A DNA stretch of 64,000 nucleotides from an uncultured Verrucomicrobiae bacterium (lineage in GTDB: Bacteria; Verrucomicrobiota; Verrucomicrobiia; Chthoniobacterales; JAATET01). Below the pieces are notes generated by a model that did no database searches, was not told the DNA's origin, and saw only the letters and a program-made list of their open reading frames with translations. The stretch is from positions 608,001 to 672,000 of the forward strand of contig CAVRCI010000013.1 in assembly GCA_963719495.1 (NCBI GenBank), in the 5' to 3' direction. The position numbers and the translations under genes were made by a program. Below, in pieces: positions 29,722 through 40,876 of this stretch; position 1 is the first letter of the stretch, and each line of letters begins with the position of its first letter.

Positions 29722-31953
29722 ATGAGACCAGAATCATCAGACGTCGAAGCGGAAGCGGAGCGGGGTGGCTACACCTCTCCAGCGTATGAGGACGATGGGA
29801 TCTCCATCGACTTTGGAAGAATCTTTGCGGCTCTTCGCAAATATTTTTGGGTCGTCCTGCTCTTCCTGGTCGCCGGAGGCATCGCGGCCGTCACCTATCT
29901 CAACGTCGCGACCCCCATCTTTCAGTCCGTCGCCGTCCTCAAAGTCGAGCAACGGGTCATGGACGCTGCGCCAACCCTTGGACAAACGGGTGCTTCGTTC
30001 GAAGATCTCCGGGCATTGGAAATGCTCGGCACGATCCAACGGGGCTTTCTCAGCCGCTCACTCGCCGAACGCGTCGCCGAAAAGCTCAAACTTCCGGACA
30101 ATCCCAAATTTCTCGGGGACGTTCCCCCGGAAGACCGCGGCATTCCTGCCTGCGTGAAGATGCTGCTGGAAAATACCTCGGCCGACGTGGTGCGGGGAAC
30201 CCGGTTGATCCAAATTTCGTTCGAGCACGCCGACGAAGATCTGGCCACCGAGATCACTGCGGCCCTCGTTCGGGAATACATCGCCCTCGACGGCGAGCAA
30301 CGCCTCAACGCGGCCGGAACGAACCTGAGCTATCTCATGAACGAGAAAGCCCGGTTGGAAACGAATCTCCGCGAATCCGAAAAGAAGCTGGCCGCCTATT
30401 CCCAGCAGCTGGACAGCGTCTCGGTCGACAGCGAACTCAACATCATCGCCGGCCAGCTCATCGAGCTGAATTCGCGACTCACCATGGCCAAGGCCGACCG
30501 ACTGAAGCTCGAGAGTGATTTTGACCAGGTCAAAGCGGCCCAGGACGATCCGCAATTGCTGCTGCAGATTTCGAGCGTGGCTCTGCTGCCGGAGATTCAA
30601 GCGCTCCGCGCCCAACTCAACGAATTGAACGGTCTGATCAGCGCGCAAAAACAGCGTTACGGCGCGAAGAACCCCGCGATCATGGAGTTGGAGAGTCAAC
30701 AGGCCTCCCTGCAGGAGGCCCTCTACGCCGAAGCGCTCCGAGCTCCCCGCACGCTCGAAATCTCCCTGCGAGCCGCCGATCAAAACGAGAAAGCTCTGGA
30801 GCGCGAGACGAAGGCGCAGGAGAAAAAAACCCTCAACGTCAAAGATTTGGCGATTCAATCGTCCGTGCTGGAGCGGCAGATCGAAGCCGATCAGCTCGCT
30901 TTCCAAGCGGTCCTCCAAAGCTTGAACAGCGAGTCTTCCCAAGCCCGCAGTCAGCCCATCTTCCTTCAGATCATCGACTCCGCTTCTCCCGCCGCCCAAG
31001 TGAAACCGCGACCGCTCATCGTGAGCGCACTCGCTGCTTTCGCCTCGCTAGGGCTCTCCGCTGGCGTGATTTTCTTGATCGCGGTTCTCGATACCTCGAT
31101 CAAGTCGGTCGACGAAGCCGAGCGCCTAACCGGTCTTCCGGTCCTGGCGGCCATTCCGGAACTGTCCGACTCCCAACGCCGCCGCGCCAAGTTGGACGTG
31201 GGCCGCGACGCGGCCAAGCAGCAGGATGGCGGCATTCGCCTCCCGCTGCTCGAGGATTCTCACTCAACCGTCAGTGAAGCCTTCCGAACCCTCCGCGCTT
31301 CGATTTTCATGAACGACGCCGCCCGCAAGCGCATCCTGTTCACCAGCGCTGTCCCCGGCGAAGGCAAATCGTTCTGCTCCATCAACTTCGCCGTCGCCTT
31401 GGCTCAGCAGGATCGGAATATCCTGCTCATCGACGCGGATCTCCGCAAGCCGCAGGTCGAAGCCCGACTGTTCGACACCGATCGCGAAAAAGGTCTCGCC
31501 GACTACCTTACCGGTCGCTCAGATCTCGAACAAATCGTTCGGCCCACCAAGGTCCCCCGGTTGTCGGCCATCACCGCGGGACGGGCCTACTCCAATCCCG
31601 CCGAGCTTCTTACTCGCTCCGAACGCGTGGAAAGCCTGCTCAAGGCTGCCGAAGGCAAGTACGACGCGGTCGTGATCGATTCCGCACCCGTCCTCGCGGT
31701 CAGCGATACGCTTGGCTTGACCTCCCACTGTGACACCGTCGTTCTCGTAGCCCGCTCTCACCGCACCGGGCGTCGTTTCGTCCAGCGCGCTCAAAACCTC
31801 CTCGACCGGAGCGGCCACTCGCCTACTGGCTTGGCGATGAACCTCGTGCCGACCAAGGGAAGCGCCTATTACTACTACCAATCCTACGGCAAAGGCGGCG
31901 TGGCTTACGGCGACTCCGGGAAGGATCAACAAATCGCCGAAAAATCGGCGTAG
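29722..31953 (+). CDS. Polysaccharide co-polymerase / tyrosine autokinase (Wzc-like)
   Basis: Two TMs, coiled coil, EAFRTLR, PGEGKS, DADLR, DSAP, Tyr-rich tail. Confidence 0.92.
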   Translation: MRPESSDVEAEAERGGYTSPAYEDDGISIDFGRIFAALRKYFWVVLLFLVAGGIAAVTYLNVATPIFQSVAVLKVEQRVMDAAPTLGQTGASFEDLRALEMLGTIQRGFLSRSLAERVAEKLKLPDNPKFLGDVPPEDRGIPACVKMLLENTSADVVRGTRLIQISFEHADEDLATEITAALVREYIALDGEQRLNAAGTNLSYLMNEKARLETNLRESEKKLAAYSQQLDSVSVDSELNIIAGQLIELNSRLTMAKADRLKLESDFDQVKAAQDDPQLLLQISSVALLPEIQALRAQLNELNGLISAQKQRYGAKNPAIMELESQQASLQEALYAEALRAPRTLEISLRAADQNEKALERETKAQEKKTLNVKDLAIQSSVLERQIEADQLAFQAVLQSLNSESSQARSQPIFLQIIDSASPAAQVKPRPLIVSALAAFASLGLSAGVIFLIAVLDTSIKSVDEAERLTGLPVLAAIPELSDSQRRRAKLDVGRDAAKQQDGGIRLPLLEDSHSTVSEAFRTLRASIFMNDAARKRILFTSAVPGEGKSFCSINFAVALAQQDRNILLIDADLRKPQVEARLFDTDREKGLADYLTGRSDLEQIVRPTKVPRLSAITAGRAYSNPAELLTRSERVESLLKAAEGKYDAVVIDSAPVLAVSDTLGLTSHCDTVVLVARSHRTGRRFVQRAQNLLDRSGHSPTGLAMNLVPTKGSAYYYYQSYGKGGVAYGDSGKDQQIAEKSA

Positions 31954-32151
31954 TCCCCCAAGTCGGGAACTGCCAAATCGAACGTGGGCGACTGCGGGAC
32001 AATCCGCGCATCGTGACGGCTTCGAACCCGCCAAGGCTGATACCAAATCCCGTTAAAAAAAGACCCACGTAGGGATGGTCTCTGACCGTCGACGCCGTCG
32101 GGCTCGTTGTGACCATCCTGGGTGAAAGTCAGCGGCGGTCACAGACCGCCG

Positions 32152-33603
32152 CTACGTTTCGGGACGGCGGGAGCCAGGACGGTTCTGCCAAACGTGCCAT
32201 CCCAGCGCGATCCAGATCAGAAAGTAGAATTGCAGCGATTCGATCTGCATGGGGAAATCCACGAGCGAATGGAGCGCGGTCAGGACGATGGCCACGCAGC
32301 CACCCAACGCGACGACGGGACTGGAAGCGTCGGGGATCGCGTTCCAAAAGAACCGAATGTGCTGCGTCCAGCTGTAAGCAAATTCCACGTCATTCCTCCG
32401 AGCCCCAACTTTCCCCGCCCACCCGCTCCGAAACAAAGCGAAGACCGGGACCACCAAAAGCACGCCCCAAAAGAAGGTTCCCAGCCAACCCCACTCGACA
32501 AGCGTCTGCAGGTAATCCTGATGAGCGACCCAGAAGGGGGCCTTCTGCATGATCGGATCGTCACCGACGTAGTCCCAATAAATCGTTTGGAACGTCCCCG
32601 GCCCGAATCCGATCCAGCCCGCGTCAGGAACCATCCGGGCGAAATGACCGTAGGCGACGATGCGGGCCTCGGTGGACATATCCCCACCCGCGAAGCTTTC
32701 CCAGCGGGCCGTCGGCAGCGCAAAAACGAGGGACACGCCGATGATCAGCGTCGGCAGGCCAACGGCCAGGACGACGGCGGGTGAAATTCGAATTCGACGG
32801 GCGTGGCCGAGTCGAAGCCCCCGCAACCCGAGCAACCCCAGGAATCCCAGCGCTCCCACGGCACCAAGCACGTTCCCGGCCTTGGAATTGTTCAAAAACA
32901 ACGCCGAGAACACGATCAACGTCGCGGTCAGCCAAACCGTCCAGCCCCGCGCGCGATCCCGCGAAATGGTGTGGACGGCGAGAGCGGCCAACAATGGCCA
33001 GCAGAGATTGAGATACGACGCCGCGTTGCCGTGGTATCGGAACGTGGCGAAAGACAATTTGATGCTGGGCTGCAACTCGCTGGAGAGCAGAAAGGATCCA
33101 CCGACCGTCCGCTGGAGTACGAAAAGCATCGTCATCCCAAGCGCGGTGGCCGCAATCGTGGCGAACATCGCCCGCGTCCAATGGGAATGATTGAAAAGGT
33201 CAAACGCCAGCAGCAGCGAGCCAAGCAGCACGGCTGTCCGGATCATCGCGGAGACGGCTAGGTTCAGATCGACCGCTCCGTAAATCAGCCAATCATCGAT
33301 CCAGGCCGGGTAATCGAGCCGCATCTCCGTCCGCCACGAGATCCAGGCGAACAAAGTCGAGATCCCTCCAACGAGCAAAACACCAACCACACCCACCTTG
33401 ATCGGAAGCGGAATGCCCGGTCGGTTCCGATCGAGGACCATCCCGATAAACCAAGCCACGATGGTCACCGCCATCCACGCGTTGAAGAAGCGGATCGAAG
33501 ATTCGCGAGTCAGCCCGTAATCGACCGCTGCGATCACGAGCCCCCCAAGGAACAAGCTCCGGGCGAAATTCGTCGAACAAGCTCCCAGCCACCGCACCAT
33601 CAT
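32152..33603 (-). CDS. O-antigen ligase / Wzy-like membrane protein
   Basis: GFGPGTF, AHQDYLQTLVEWG, HSLVDFP; many TMs. Confidence 0.85.
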   Translation of the reverse strand: MMVRWLGACSTNFARSLFLGGLVIAAVDYGLTRESSIRFFNAWMAVTIVAWFIGMVLDRNRPGIPLPIKVGVVGVLLVGGISTLFAWISWRTEMRLDYPAWIDDWLIYGAVDLNLAVSAMIRTAVLLGSLLLAFDLFNHSHWTRAMFATIAATALGMTMLFVLQRTVGGSFLLSSELQPSIKLSFATFRYHGNAASYLNLCWPLLAALAVHTISRDRARGWTVWLTATLIVFSALFLNNSKAGNVLGAVGALGFLGLLGLRGLRLGHARRIRISPAVVLAVGLPTLIIGVSLVFALPTARWESFAGGDMSTEARIVAYGHFARMVPDAGWIGFGPGTFQTIYWDYVGDDPIMQKAPFWVAHQDYLQTLVEWGWLGTFFWGVLLVVPVFALFRSGWAGKVGARRNDVEFAYSWTQHIRFFWNAIPDASSPVVALGGCVAIVLTALHSLVDFPMQIESLQFYFLIWIALGWHVWQNRPGSRRPET

Positions 33604-34283
33604 ACGATGAAAAGCCGGATACCCGCACCGGCGACAAGCCCATACTGAATGGAAACGGACGAAAATCGACCGGCGGGCGGCGAAGCCGCGTCCTTTTGTC
33701 GGATAATCGGCCCGATTAGGCTGGGCGAAGCGAAGCATTGCCGGGTTCTTCCCCGATGTTCGTCCGGCTGTCGGTCCCGAATGGGGCCGCCAAACCCATC
33801 GTGCCTTCAGGCTGGGGGAACGAGTTTCGCCCCGGTTTGCGAGAATTGTCAGGGAGGAAACGCGCGCCGCGACGGTCCCGGCCCTCGACCCAACTAGTCG
33901 GGCTGGTCGCGCCGCGCCAGCCGACGTTCGACCTTCTCGCAATCGCACCCGAATGGACCCAGACCGACTCGAACGGTTTCCTTTCAGGATTGAACCGCTT
34001 TGCGACTGGGTCTTGCGCCACCTTCAATCCCGCTCTGACGTTTGCGGGTAACGACTCCCGCTGAGACTTCCTCGCCGCGAGCTGACGGCACGGCGTGCGC
34101 GACTCCGTCCTTCCGAATGCGCTTCGATCGATCCAATAGCGTGATCCCCGCCGACGCCATCCCCGGCTCCGATCGACTTGCCTTCCGAGCTTTCGAGCTT
34201 CCGAACGACACCGGAAAGCCTTGAGGAATTCCCAAATTAAGTAGATCTTCGACCACCTTGGCGGCAGCTCCGCCTCACCTCCC

Positions 34284-36320
34284 ATGAACGAAACCGCTTC
34301 TTCCAAGCTCACCAAGCGAAAACTCAACCTCTGGCAGCGCGGCATCGGTTTCGTGAAGCGGCTCAGTCTTTGGAACAAACTCGCGCTCGCGTTTCTGATC
34401 CTGGCCCTCCCACTCGGCTACGGCTCTCTGCTTCTACTGAAACCTTTTTACAAGGAATGGCGCGCCAATAACGCCCTGAAAATCGCGGAGACCTCCATCG
34501 CAGCCGAGGATTTCAACGCCGCCTCGTTGGCTTTTCGAACCGCAATCCGATCCCGACCCAAGGATCCGGAAATCTGGCGCCGGGTGGCGGCATTCCTGGA
34601 TCAGATCGGGTCGCCGGAAGCCCTTTCCGTCTGGTCGCGAGCGGTCAAGCTCGACCCCCGCGATATCGATTCGAAATATTCGCTCATCGCGAGCGCCGTT
34701 CAACAGAAGCGGCTGGAACAGGCGAGCGCCGTCCTCGCCGAGATTCCGACCGACGAGACGAAGACCATCGCTTACCATCGCGCCGCGGCGAATATCGCCA
34801 TTGCTGCGAATGATCCGTCCACCGCGGAGCGCGAACTGGTGGCCTGGCTGGAGCTGGAACCCAACGCACCCGTCGCCCAATGGGATCTTGCCCGGGTCCG
34901 CTTCATGAGCGGTGATCCGGCGGTCCGTGACACCGCCCGCGAGACGCTCCGCACCTACGCCGAAGGCGAGGGGACCTACGCACTACCCGCGCGCCGGCTG
35001 CTCGTCCGGGTCTTCCTCGCCGCCAGCGATTTTTACACCGCCAACCGGGAAGCCGAACGATTGATCACCGACCCGGAGGCGACCGCCGAAGACCAGATTC
35101 TCTTTCTGGACACGGAGTTCGCCGCTCAGAGCTTCACGCTGCCGGGTTCCATTTCCGGGATTTTCGAACACGCCCTAGCCAACCCGGAAGCGGCACCCCC
35201 GATCCTCAATTACCTGGCCGCCCGCGGTCTGAGTGATCGGATCGCCACTTGGTTCGACTCGCTTCCCCCTGATCTGGCCGACAACGAGTCGATCCAGATG
35301 GCCCGATTCGAATATGCGCGCAGGTCGGGCGATTGGAGCCAGGTATTCGCCATCCTTCGATCGGCCAGTTCCCCGTATGACCTTCCCGCGGAGCTGGTCG
35401 ACCTCACGGAGCAGGCACTGGCAGATTTCCGCCGGGGCGACTCCGGAGCGCTCCCGATCTGGCAGAAGGCGATCTTCCTCACCCAGAGCAACCCTGCCGC
35501 CGCTTTCGTCCTCGCCAATTTGTCGGAGGCCTCATCGTGGCGGGAAGCCTACTCGCTCGCCCTCTGGAGCCTCGCGAACTCCGTCGGCAACCGGAGCGAG
35601 ATCTGGCAGGAAGTCCTCAAGGTGGAACTCGCCGACGGCAACAGCACGGGCATCCTGCGGGCTTTGTCGGGAGCCGTTCGGGCCGACTCGGACAATCGTC
35701 GGTTGCGAAACGATTGGGTCCTCATGAACCTGCTGCTCGAGCAGGGGGAGCCCAGGCAATTGGTCGAGCTTGCCCGTGAGAATTACGAATACGAATCGGA
35801 CAACAGCTTCTACGCCACCACGTTCGCCCTCGGCCTGGCAGCGGCGGGCGAGACTGACGAGGCCGCCGCCGTCATTGATCGGATCCCGGAAGACGAGCAG
35901 CGCCAGCCCGCGAAGGCGCTCTACGTTGGGAGTGTCCTCGCCATGGACGGCCAGTTCGAACGCGCCAAGCTTTTCCTCGACCTCGCAACCAAAGCCCGTG
36001 ACTCGTTTCTTCCGGAGGAGCGGATGATGTTCGATCAATCCCTCGAAATCGCTTCGGGCGCTCGTTCGATCGAGGACCAGCTGGCGCGAATGACCGATCG
36101 CTCGGGCGTGACCGATGAGCAATCCGAGGAATTTCGCGAGACTCTCCGAGCCCAACTGCAGGATGCCAGGACCGACGCGGAGACCGAGAATGTCGCCGCC
36201 GCCCTCCGCGACACCGTTGCGGGCGAGCGAAGCTCACCGGATGACATTCAGGCCATTCTGCGGGACATCCAGTCCAAACAACCGGACGGAGCACTCGAAG
36301 CTCCGGAAACTTCGCCCTAA
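34284..36320 (+). CDS. Membrane-anchored TPR protein
   Basis: N-terminal TM; helical repeats; EPS/exosortase context. Confidence 0.7.
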   Translation: MNETASSKLTKRKLNLWQRGIGFVKRLSLWNKLALAFLILALPLGYGSLLLLKPFYKEWRANNALKIAETSIAAEDFNAASLAFRTAIRSRPKDPEIWRRVAAFLDQIGSPEALSVWSRAVKLDPRDIDSKYSLIASAVQQKRLEQASAVLAEIPTDETKTIAYHRAAANIAIAANDPSTAERELVAWLELEPNAPVAQWDLARVRFMSGDPAVRDTARETLRTYAEGEGTYALPARRLLVRVFLAASDFYTANREAERLITDPEATAEDQILFLDTEFAAQSFTLPGSISGIFEHALANPEAAPPILNYLAARGLSDRIATWFDSLPPDLADNESIQMARFEYARRSGDWSQVFAILRSASSPYDLPAELVDLTEQALADFRRGDSGALPIWQKAIFLTQSNPAAAFVLANLSEASSWREAYSLALWSLANSVGNRSEIWQEVLKVELADGNSTGILRALSGAVRADSDNRRLRNDWVLMNLLLEQGEPRQLVELARENYEYESDNSFYATTFALGLAAAGETDEAAAVIDRIPEDEQRQPAKALYVGSVLAMDGQFERAKLFLDLATKARDSFLPEERMMFDQSLEIASGARSIEDQLARMTDRSGVTDEQSEEFRETLRAQLQDARTDAETENVAAALRDTVAGERSSPDDIQAILRDIQSKQPDGALEAPETSP

Positions 36321-36501
36321 TTCCTCCGCTCGCGCCAAGTGAAGTTCAATTTTTCTTGAACGAAATATTCGGTCTGGTCACCGTGTCCGAATCAAGGCGA
36401 CCGAGCCTTGGACAATCAAGCTCCCGACCGGTGTCGACCCCAGCCACCATGGGCGGCAGCGTCCCGAGGTATCATTCGCGAACGTGGCATTTCCGACCAC
36501 C

Positions 36502-37032
36502 ATGGACTCTGCGGAAAACGACGGCGGACGGACGGCCCTCGAGCCCGCCCAGGCCGAGCTTCTGGAGTTTCAACGCGAAAGCGTGGCCCTCTTCAGTCAC
36601 GCGGCCCGCGCCTTCGCGCTTCCAAAGTCGGTGGGGCAGATTTACGGGCTCCTCTACGGCAGTCGGCTGCCCCTTCCACTCGACGAAGTCATCCGTCGGC
36701 TCGAAATCAGCAAAGGCTCGGCAAGCCAGGGTTTGCGCTGGCTGCGCGACCTCGGAGCCGTCAGGACTGAGACCGTGGGCGGCGATCGCCGCGACCATTA
36801 CGTGGCGGAAATCGAGCTGCGCCGCCTTGCCACCGGCTTTCTTCGAGGCACCGCCGAGCCGCACCTCGATAACGGGGAGGGGCGCCTGGACCGACTCGAA
36901 CGCGCCAAGGACGACATCCCACGGGGCTCCGAACGAGATTTTGCCTCCACCCGCCTCGAGAAACTCCGCCGCTGGCACAAATTCCTCCGCCAAATCCTCC
37001 TCCTGGTCGTCAAAGTCGCGGGCCGCTTCTGA
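36502..37032 (+). CDS. GbsR/MarR-type transcriptional regulator
   Basis: PKSVGQIYGLLY, ISKGSASQGL, RRDHY. Confidence 0.85.
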   Translation: MDSAENDGGRTALEPAQAELLEFQRESVALFSHAARAFALPKSVGQIYGLLYGSRLPLPLDEVIRRLEISKGSASQGLRWLRDLGAVRTETVGGDRRDHYVAEIELRRLATGFLRGTAEPHLDNGEGRLDRLERAKDDIPRGSERDFASTRLEKLRRWHKFLRQILLLVVKVAGRF

Positions 37033-37159
37033 TTCGGTCGGCTCGAAGTTTTTAAGAACGCCACGTTCGGGCTCGCTCCCAACTCACCCAGAGAATCGCG
37101 CTCAACCTTTCGAGCCCCCGCGCCTCTTTGTGGCCCAAAACGCCTTGCACTTCACCTCA

Positions 37160-37267
37160 CCGACCTTCGACCTTTAGGACCTTCAGACTTTCCGACTCTT
37201 AGACCTTCGACTTTCCGACTTTCCGACTTTCCGACTTTCCGACTTTTAGACTTTTAGACTTTTAGAC
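37160..37267. repeat. Degenerate GACTTT(CC/TA) / GACCTTC tandem tract upstream of gmd
   Basis: Read directly. Confidence 0.85.
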
Positions 37268-37272
37268 CAAAA

Positions 37273-38325
37273 ATGAAAACAGCAATGATCACCGGCATCA
37301 CCGGTCAAGACGGTTCCTACCTCGCCGAACAGCTTCTCGCCAAAGGCTACGAGGTTCACGGCATGATCCGCCGTTCCAGCAGCTTCAACACCGAGCGCAT
37401 CGACCACCTTTATCGCGACCCGGAGGTCCTCGACAACAAGCTCTTCCTCCACCACGGCGACCTCACCGACTCGTCGAATCTCAACCGCCTGCTCGAAAAG
37501 ATCGGCCCCGACGAGATTTACAATCTCGGGGCCCAGAGCCACGTCAAGGTCTCCTTCGAAGTCCCGGAATACACCGCCGAAGTCGACGGCATCGGCACGC
37601 TCCGCTTCCTCGACGCCATCAAGGAAGTCGGCCTCAAAGACAAAGTCCGATTCTACCAAGCCTCGACCAGCGAACTCTTTGGCCTCGTTCAGGAGGTTCC
37701 GCAGACCGAAAAAACCCCATTCTACCCCCGTTCGCCCTACGGCGTCGCCAAGCTCTACGGCTACTGGATCATCGTGAACTACCGGGAATCCTACGGCATC
37801 CACGCCTCCAACGGCATCCTCTTCAACCACGAGTCGCCCCGGCGCGGCGAAACCTTCGTCACCCGCAAAATCACCCGTGCCGCCGGCCGCATCAAAGAGG
37901 GCCTCGAAGATTGCCTCCTCATGGGCAACATCGATTCCCAGCGCGACTGGGGCTACGCGCCCGAATACACCGACGCCATGTGGCGCATCCTCCAGCAAGA
38001 CGAGCCCGGCGACTACGTCGCGGCCACGAACGAAATGCACACGGTCCGCGAATTCATCGACGAGACGTTCCAAGCACTCGACATGGAACTCGAGTTCCGA
38101 GGGGAGGGGGTCGACGAAGTCGGAGTCGAAAAATCAACCGGGCGCACGTTGATGAAAATCGACCCCCGCTATTTCCGCCCCGCCGAGGTCGAACTCCTCA
38201 TCGGCGACTACACCAAGGCGAAAGAGACCTTCGGCTGGGAACCCACGACCAAGTTCCACGAGCTCGTCAAAATCATGGCCGACGCCGACTGGAAGCTCGC
38301 GCAGAAGGAGCGAAGGAATAAGTGA
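37273..38325 (+). CDS. gmd: GDP-mannose 4,6-dehydratase
   Basis: [44 protein letters not shown]. Confidence 0.96.
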   Translation: MKTAMITGITGQDGSYLAEQLLAKGYEVHGMIRRSSSFNTERIDHLYRDPEVLDNKLFLHHGDLTDSSNLNRLLEKIGPDEIYNLGAQSHVKVSFEVPEYTAEVDGIGTLRFLDAIKEVGLKDKVRFYQASTSELFGLVQEVPQTEKTPFYPRSPYGVAKLYGYWIIVNYRESYGIHASNGILFNHESPRRGETFVTRKITRAAGRIKEGLEDCLLMGNIDSQRDWGYAPEYTDAMWRILQQDEPGDYVAATNEMHTVREFIDETFQALDMELEFRGEGVDEVGVEKSTGRTLMKIDPRYFRPAEVELLIGDYTKAKETFGWEPTTKFHELVKIMADADWKLAQKERRNK

Positions 38326-38512
38326 GTCGGAAGGTCCAAAGTCGAAGAGTCAGGTCAGAATCGCTGGTGCGATTGAAGCTGGGGAGCACACGCGTCCCCG
38401 CGTGTGAGATGCGGCGTCCCGCCGCATCGCATCGAGCACTTTGGTAGGGCGGGCCGTCCCCACCCACCGCCATCCCTACGGCCCATCAAAAATAATCGCA
38501 CCAGCGATACAA

Positions 38513-38600
38513 TCCCGACCATCCGACCTTCCGACCTTCTGACGTTCCGACCTTCCGACCTTCCGACCTTCCGACCTTCTGACGTTCCGACCTTAGACCA
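38513..38600. repeat. CCGACCTT tandem tract, with a complementary GTCGGAAG-type arm at 38326-38360
   Basis: Read directly. Confidence 0.85.
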
Positions 38601-38604
38601 TCCC

Positions 38605-39540
38605 ATGCACCCCCCTGACGCCGTGACCAATCCGACACCCGCCACAACCGGAGCGACTTCGAAAACGGTCGCCTTTCCGGAATGGGCCCCCTTTGCGATC
38701 ATCGCGTTGATCTGGCTCCCGGCGTTGATGCGGTTCAGCGTCGAGTGGTCGATCAACCCTCAATACTATTACGGTTGGTCAGTTCCGTTGCTTTCGGCGT
38801 ATTTAATTTATGATCGTTGGCTGGCCCGCCCGAACCCGGTCCCGCCCGCTCGGATCCTGGTGCCGGCGATCCTAATCATCCTGTGCGCCCTGCCGCAGTT
38901 ACCCTTGCGGTTAGTCGGCGAGGCCAATACCGATTGGCGGTTGGTGTCGTGGATCATGGGATTGAACGCCTTGGCGATCAGCTTTGCGATCCTCTACATC
39001 CAGGGCGGTTGGCGCTGGCTCGGCTTCTTCGTTCTCCCCATCCTTTTCTTACTGACGGCCGTCCCGTGGCCCTCCGGTGCCGAAAAGCTGCTCGTTCAGG
39101 GCCTGATGCGCGTGAACGCCGAAATCGCCGCCAACCTCGTTGGTTTCGTCGGCATCCCGGCGGAGGCCCGCGGCAACGTGATCGAGGTGCCGACGGGGGT
39201 GTTGGGCGTCAACGAAGCGTGCAGTGGGATTCGGTCCCTGCAGTCGACTCTCATGGCGGCGATCTTCCTCGGTATCCTCTACCGCCGCTCGGTTCCGGGA
39301 TTGATCGGACTCGTTGTCGTCGGCTCGCTCATCGCGTTCGTCTGCAACGTTATTCGGACGACGTTCCTGACGTATCAGGGTGCGGTCAACGGGATCACCG
39401 CCGTCGACGAGTGGCACGACACCGCTGGCTTCGTCATTCTTGGCGTCGTCCTCGTGTGTCTCTGGGGGATGAGTCAATGGCTCGAGCGCTCGGAAAGGAA
39501 AGGATCTGAACAAAAGAGTGCTGAGGAAGCAAAGGTCTGA
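38605..39540 (+). CDS. Exosortase/archaeosortase family protein
   Basis: PQYYYGW, VNEACSGIRSL (Cys), NVIRT (Arg), WHD (His). Confidence 0.9.
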   Translation: MHPPDAVTNPTPATTGATSKTVAFPEWAPFAIIALIWLPALMRFSVEWSINPQYYYGWSVPLLSAYLIYDRWLARPNPVPPARILVPAILIILCALPQLPLRLVGEANTDWRLVSWIMGLNALAISFAILYIQGGWRWLGFFVLPILFLLTAVPWPSGAEKLLVQGLMRVNAEIAANLVGFVGIPAEARGNVIEVPTGVLGVNEACSGIRSLQSTLMAAIFLGILYRRSVPGLIGLVVVGSLIAFVCNVIRTTFLTYQGAVNGITAVDEWHDTAGFVILGVVLVCLWGMSQWLERSERKGSEQKSAEEAKV

Positions 39541-39653
39541 AGATGCATTGAAACCCGCCCGGTGTGGCTGGAGTCTGGCTCGACCTGAATAGGATTCGTG
39601 TCATCCGGCGGACCGAAAGGGGGTGGCTTTCAAACCAATCGAAGCTAAATTAC

Positions 39654-39983
39654 ATGACGATGCTGCAACAACGCGACGAGCAGCGAAGGCAAACGCGCCT
39701 CGAGCTTTTCGACGCGACCCGGCGAACACTTTTTGCCGAGCTTCGTGCCCGGCTCCCCCGCGGGACGGTGGTATGGATCTTTGGCTCGTTGGCTCGACGA
39801 GGAGTCTTCAACGCCGCTTCCGACGTCGACATCGCTCTGGAATGTGAGCCAGCGGGGTCGAGTTGTTTTCGCCTGAGTTCCGAGTTGGACGAAGCTTTTG
39901 GCCGCCCCGTCGATGTGGTGCTGCTGAATGAAAGTCGGCTGGCCGCTCAAATCCAAAGCGCCGGAGAAAAATGGACGCTATAG
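39654..39983 (+). CDS. Minimal nucleotidyltransferase (MNT) antitoxin
   Basis: FGSLAR...SDVDIA...VDVV. Confidence 0.85.
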   Translation: MTMLQQRDEQRRQTRLELFDATRRTLFAELRARLPRGTVVWIFGSLARRGVFNAASDVDIALECEPAGSSCFRLSSELDEAFGRPVDVVLLNESRLAAQIQSAGEKWTL

Positions 39984-40453
39984 GCTTGGCCACGCTGCAT
40001 CGGGAAATGCAGGAGGATGTGCGCGTGATGCACGACGCGTTCGATCTTGCGACGGAGCGTTTTTCCCACGCTGGAGCGATGGGCTTGGAGTCGACGGCGC
40101 ATCATTTGTGCCGGTTCTACAACGCGTGCGAACAAATGGCTTTGCGAGTGGCGAAGGCATTCGAAAATCACATCGATGACGACCGAGGATGGCACACCGC
40201 TCTCCTCACGCGGATGAGCCTGGAGATCGGAGGAATTCGCCCGGCCCTGATCCCGGTGGATCTCAAACCCGATCTCCAAGAGTTGAAAGGGTTTCGACAC
40301 GCCTTCGTTCATGCTTACGAGTTGCGGTTGGACGAAGAAAAGCTGCGATTGCTGATCCAATACGCCGGCCGGGTGAATGCGCGGTTGGATGAAATGATCA
40401 GAGTCTTCGCGGATCGTGCTGTCGAAGACGCAGATCCGGATTCAACATCGTAG
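39971..40453 (+). CDS. HEPN ribonuclease toxin (HepT-like)
   Basis: Overlaps the MNT; WH motif; FRHAFVHAY (Rx4H). Confidence 0.85.
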   Translation: MDAIGLATLHREMQEDVRVMHDAFDLATERFSHAGAMGLESTAHHLCRFYNACEQMALRVAKAFENHIDDDRGWHTALLTRMSLEIGGIRPALIPVDLKPDLQELKGFRHAFVHAYELRLDEEKLRLLIQYAGRVNARLDEMIRVFADRAVEDADPDSTS

Positions 40454-40472
40454 AAGTCGAGTGAACGAGTAG

Positions 40473-40646
40473 CTAATAATAGTAACGAGCAACCAACAAC
40501 TCACATCCGCGAAGCTCGCGAAGCTCCTCCCCGGCGCGGATGAAATCATGAATTCCGCGATGTTCCTTGGGACCAACCCGGGCTTGACGCGGGAGATGCT
40601 CGAATCCGAGATCGCGACGATTCGGAGCTTCGTGAGGAGCTTCTGA
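40473..40646 (+). pseudogene. 3' fragment resembling the RfbH/DdhC (DegT-family) C-terminus
   Basis: LPGADEIMNSAMFLGTNPGLTREMLESEIATIRSF*; no upstream start for the full gene. Confidence 0.55.
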
Positions 40647-40876
40647 TTCTCGCGCTGAGGCTGATACAAATGCGGATGAGGGGACCACAATTAGGTTAGC
40701 TAAAAATGCATTCCGAATAACGGAAACGAATGGAAAGAATCCTCTCTGCGTCTCAGCGCCTCTGCGGGAAAATCATTCGGAAATAAGCCCTCGCCGCTCG
40801 CCTCGGCCACCACAGCTGCGCTCCTTTCCACCTGATCGTCCATTGAAATGCGGCAAGACTCCGACTATCTTCATCC

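Noticed and set aside
33610..34280. ncRNA or small gene in the long divergent intergenic region
   Set aside because: No recognisable family, convincing ORF or promoter consensus
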